From the sequence record MK250016.1: a DNA stretch of 32,000 nucleotides; one strand, written 5' to 3'. Below are positions 28,866-32,000 of the stretch, in pieces. Numbering within the stretch: position 1 is the first letter of the stretch; the number at the start of each line of letters is the position of its first letter. The notes under the pieces are model-generated. The model had not been told where the DNA came from, did no database searches, and saw only the letters and a list, made by a program, of their open reading frames with translations. A program made the translations under genes and the position numbers. This stretch comes from Prevotella phage Lak-A1.

Positions 28866-31800
28866 ATGGCTATAAAACTTCCAGATACGCTGAGAACTGC
28901 AAATGATACATATGCTATTGCAGTCTCAGAAGAAATAAAAGGTGGTATTCGTGGAGTTTAGACAGTAGAAGATTTGAGTAGAATAAATAATGCTTTGATT
29001 TCTAATGGTATGTTAGTATGGGTAGAAAAATCAAAGAGTTATTACAAATATACAAATGGAACATGGTCTATATTATCTGCTTCTGCTTCTGGAACTCCAT
29101 TACTTACAACTGCATAGATAACAGCATTAAAAAATCAAGGAGTTTTACCTGATAATTACATTTGGATACGTTCAAAAGATGATATTGATTTAGAATAGGA
29201 AGGTGTTGTAAATAAAACATATACAACTTCAAAGAATGGTAGTTATGTTGATATATTATTTCAAGCAATAAGATAGTTACAAACAGAAGTTGCTAAAATG
29301 AGAAATACATTTAAATATGGAATGTATTCTTGTACAAATAAAGAAATGGCAGTTTCTAATGTTGTTAATGAAATGGTTGCAACACCGGCAGAAGAACCTT
29401 TATGGGCGATAGAAGAAGATGGATTATCTTATGTGTATGCTGTAGAGTTTAAAGATGGATATAACAAAGAGGACCCTTCAAAATCTACATTTTCTATAAT
29501 ATCTGAAATTAACGGTTTAATTTAGAATGTTAATGGTACTTACTATGATATTTCTAGTACAGATAAAAGGAAAGTATATTTTACACATAAGAGTTCAGAA
29601 CCAATTGATGAAGAAGATATAGAAGATATTAATATATTTAAAGACAGTAACGGAAATCTTCCGAACAGTGTAAGTATGATGGAAGGTATGAGTGATCCAA
29701 AACAATTTATTTATATGACAATAACCAATAAAAAAGACAAAGGAAAGTCTTATTTATTGGATTTCTCTGTACTTATAGAACCGAAAAGAGACGTGTCCAT
29801 ATCCTTAGACGCGTAGCGTTCTCCAATAGATAATATTAATTTCACAAATTTAATGACTAATTATGTAGAAACTGTTAATGTAATGTTATTACTTAATCGT
29901 AAAATGGTTAAAGAAACAACAGAAGGTGACAAGAAAACATATACATGGTATGGAAATAATTATTTATATGTATCTATTAGTGATTATTATACAAATGATG
30001 TAATTATAGAGGGATATTATAATAAGACTGATGGAAAACTTTATAAAAATATATAGGATTTAGGAGATCAATATTATTTCAGTAAAGTATATTTTGGTAT
30101 GTTAAAATTAAATAAATTTAATGTATATTCAAGATATTAGGATTTTACTAAATTTATTGGAGAAACTGATAAAGTTGTTAAACCTAATATACCTAATGAT
30201 AGTGATTATAGATATAAGGTTGCACATATTACAATACGTTCTGTTTCAGATGAAGCAGAACTAAGAGAAATAAAACAATACCTTCCAAATAATGAATTAA
30301 TATGGGAAGAAAAAAATAGTGTTTTATGGATAAAATCAAACGATAAAGTAGTACAGATTGGAGGTACTAGTAATTCAAATAATAATGGAAATCAAAATAA
30401 TAATAAAGATAGTATGACACAAGAAGAATTAATAAAAGCCCTTAAGGAAATGGGTATTGTTTATGATTCAAATAATGGATTAGAATTAGAATAGGCAAAA
30501 GTTGAGGATATTACTTTTATTAATTCTAATTTAGCTGACAAATATGTTTATTCAATAGATTCAGAAGGTAATTTACATTCAACAATTGTTCCTAAAGTTT
30601 CACTTGAATCAAGAGTTGCTAATAAAAATTTATATGAAACATCTAAACCAGGATCTACTTTTACACCAAGAGGATTTGTTGCAAATTTAGTATGTGGTGA
30701 AAAAAATGAACAATTAGGAATTGATAATAATTTAAGTGCAAGTACAACAGGTTCAATATTAAATGAATCAGACCGTATTCATATATCTTAGTTCTATGCA
30801 CCATTATCAACAGATATTGCAGAAGGAAAAATAGGATGTTCTCATGCATTCATAGAATTAACTAATACATCTACTTTTGATTTTTAGTTAGATGGATGTT
30901 ATTTACATTTCTTCAGTCTTAGTGATACAGGTGTTACAACATATTATAATTTACCATTAAAAGGTGTAATTCCCGCAGGTAATACTTTCTTAATCAGAGG
31001 TAAAAAATATGCAGATTATAAGAATTCAAATGTATTCATAAAAGTAAGTACATTTGATATGGAATGGTTCAGTGAAAAAAATGAACTTATTGATTTAACT
31101 GTAAATACAACATATAATGGATATGCATTAGCATTAACATATGGTAATACTGTTGTTGATAATGGTGTAGAAACAGAAATTTCACCTGTTACAACATTAG
31201 CAAAAATAGATATGGATAACTCTTACAAATATAGAGATAATTATATCGATGGTATTATATATTCATTTAAAGTTGCAAATATTCCAAATACATATAGAAC
31301 ATGGGCAATATTTAATTCCGGATATAATGTATTATCTAACAGTTTATTCAGAGAAACTTTCTTACTTGATCCTGCTAAACAAGGATTTTAGGCACTTTGC
31401 TCTAATAAGAAGGATTCATCAAGAGCTCGTCATGAGAAGAATACAGACTTTACTTTGTTATCTCTTGCTAATGAGTTTATTGAATTCCCTAAATCTGATT
31501 CAGTAAAAGCAGTTTCCGATTATTCTCCAAGAGCATCATTTGAGCATAAAACAGTTATTACTGAAAAGAGTAATATCGATTTAAATAAGCCAAATATGAT
31601 AACTTGTGCATTTGGTATTAATATGTTAACAACACGTTGTTTCAACTGGATTTCTGGAGGTATTTTTGATGAATTTATTTGGGTTAGAAAGAAAGGAAGT
31701 AATACAGCATGGAAAGATTGTGCAAGATATGAATCATATACAAGTTCAAAATGTAGTGTTGTAACTGAGCGTTCTACAAGTGAAATTACAAAGAAAACAT

Positions 31801-32000
31801 TTAATGAAAGTGAAACAGCATAGAAAGAAGCAAAAACATATATTTATGACAGAATAACAGGAATATTCCCTGGTACAACAACACAATATACTGCGCATAA
31901 AGTTATTATTAATTTACCAACACCTTCATCTGGTACATCAGAATATGAATATTGTGTAGGTCGTGCTTTACTTGATGGAAGTCCTGATCCTGCACACAGT
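28866..32000 (+). CDS. Large virion-associated protein, runs off window (>1044 aa; TAG=Q); lamin-tail-domain-like segment and possible purple-acid-phosphatase/FnIII-like N-domain near right edge
   Basis: MAIKLPDTLRTANDTYAIAVSEEIKGGIRGVQTVEDLSRINN...; same frame as track ORFs 29298, 29853, 31059, 31455; HAFIELTNTSTFDFQLDGCYLHFFSLSDTGVTTYYNLPLKGVIPAGNTFLIRG is lamin-tail-like. Confidence 0.8.

Noticed and set aside
2481-31506. Minus-strand and alternate-frame ORFs in the track (e.g. 2481-2720, 6040-6477, 15527-15835, 15866-16228, 8809-8997, 9817-9999, 25057-25272, 31249-31506)
   Set aside because: They lie opposite or out of frame with long, recognisable or code-15-continuous genes, and their translations are low-complexity antisense-type sequence.
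1-32000. CRISPR array, integrase/prophage boundary, rRNA or transposon
   Set aside because: No regularly spaced repeats, attachment signatures, rRNA or transposase-like sequence seen.

Overview
AT-rich segment of what looks like a large contractile-tailed phage that reads TAG as glutamine (translation table 15), probably infecting a Bacteroidota host. Many long reading frames are interrupted only by TAG and become continuous proteins with recognisable folds once TAG is sense; TAA and TGA still terminate. Contents, left to right: 3' part of an anaerobic NTP reductase activase (NrdG); small cysteine-containing ORFs; SbcD/T4 gp47-like and SbcC/T4 gp46-like recombination nuclease subunits; a DnaG-type primase; an unknown 312-aa protein; a 1285-aa tail sheath; a treble-clef-rich Vsr-like homing endonuclease; a 539-aa protein hidden by TAG codons; HAD phosphatase; PRPP synthetase-like protein; GrpE-like protein; a 3.6-kb tRNA cluster with a second homing endonuclease, unusually long spacers and two interrupted tRNA-like genes; an SH3-like small protein; a secreted GH73-type lysozyme; and a fibre/adhesin module (458 aa, 851 aa, >1044 aa). 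Main observations: (1) pervasive TAG=Q recoding, (2) four TGTATCTTTG (Bacteroidota TAnnTTTG-type) promoter-like sites that all precede TAG-free genes, while TAG-rich genes have no such site nearby, (3) a tRNA cluster with interrupted tRNA-like elements and structured spacers, with no recognisable CUA suppressor tRNA. Phage identity (Lak-like or another jumbo myophage) is inference. Coordinates were derived by hand and could be off by a few bases for hairpins and motifs.
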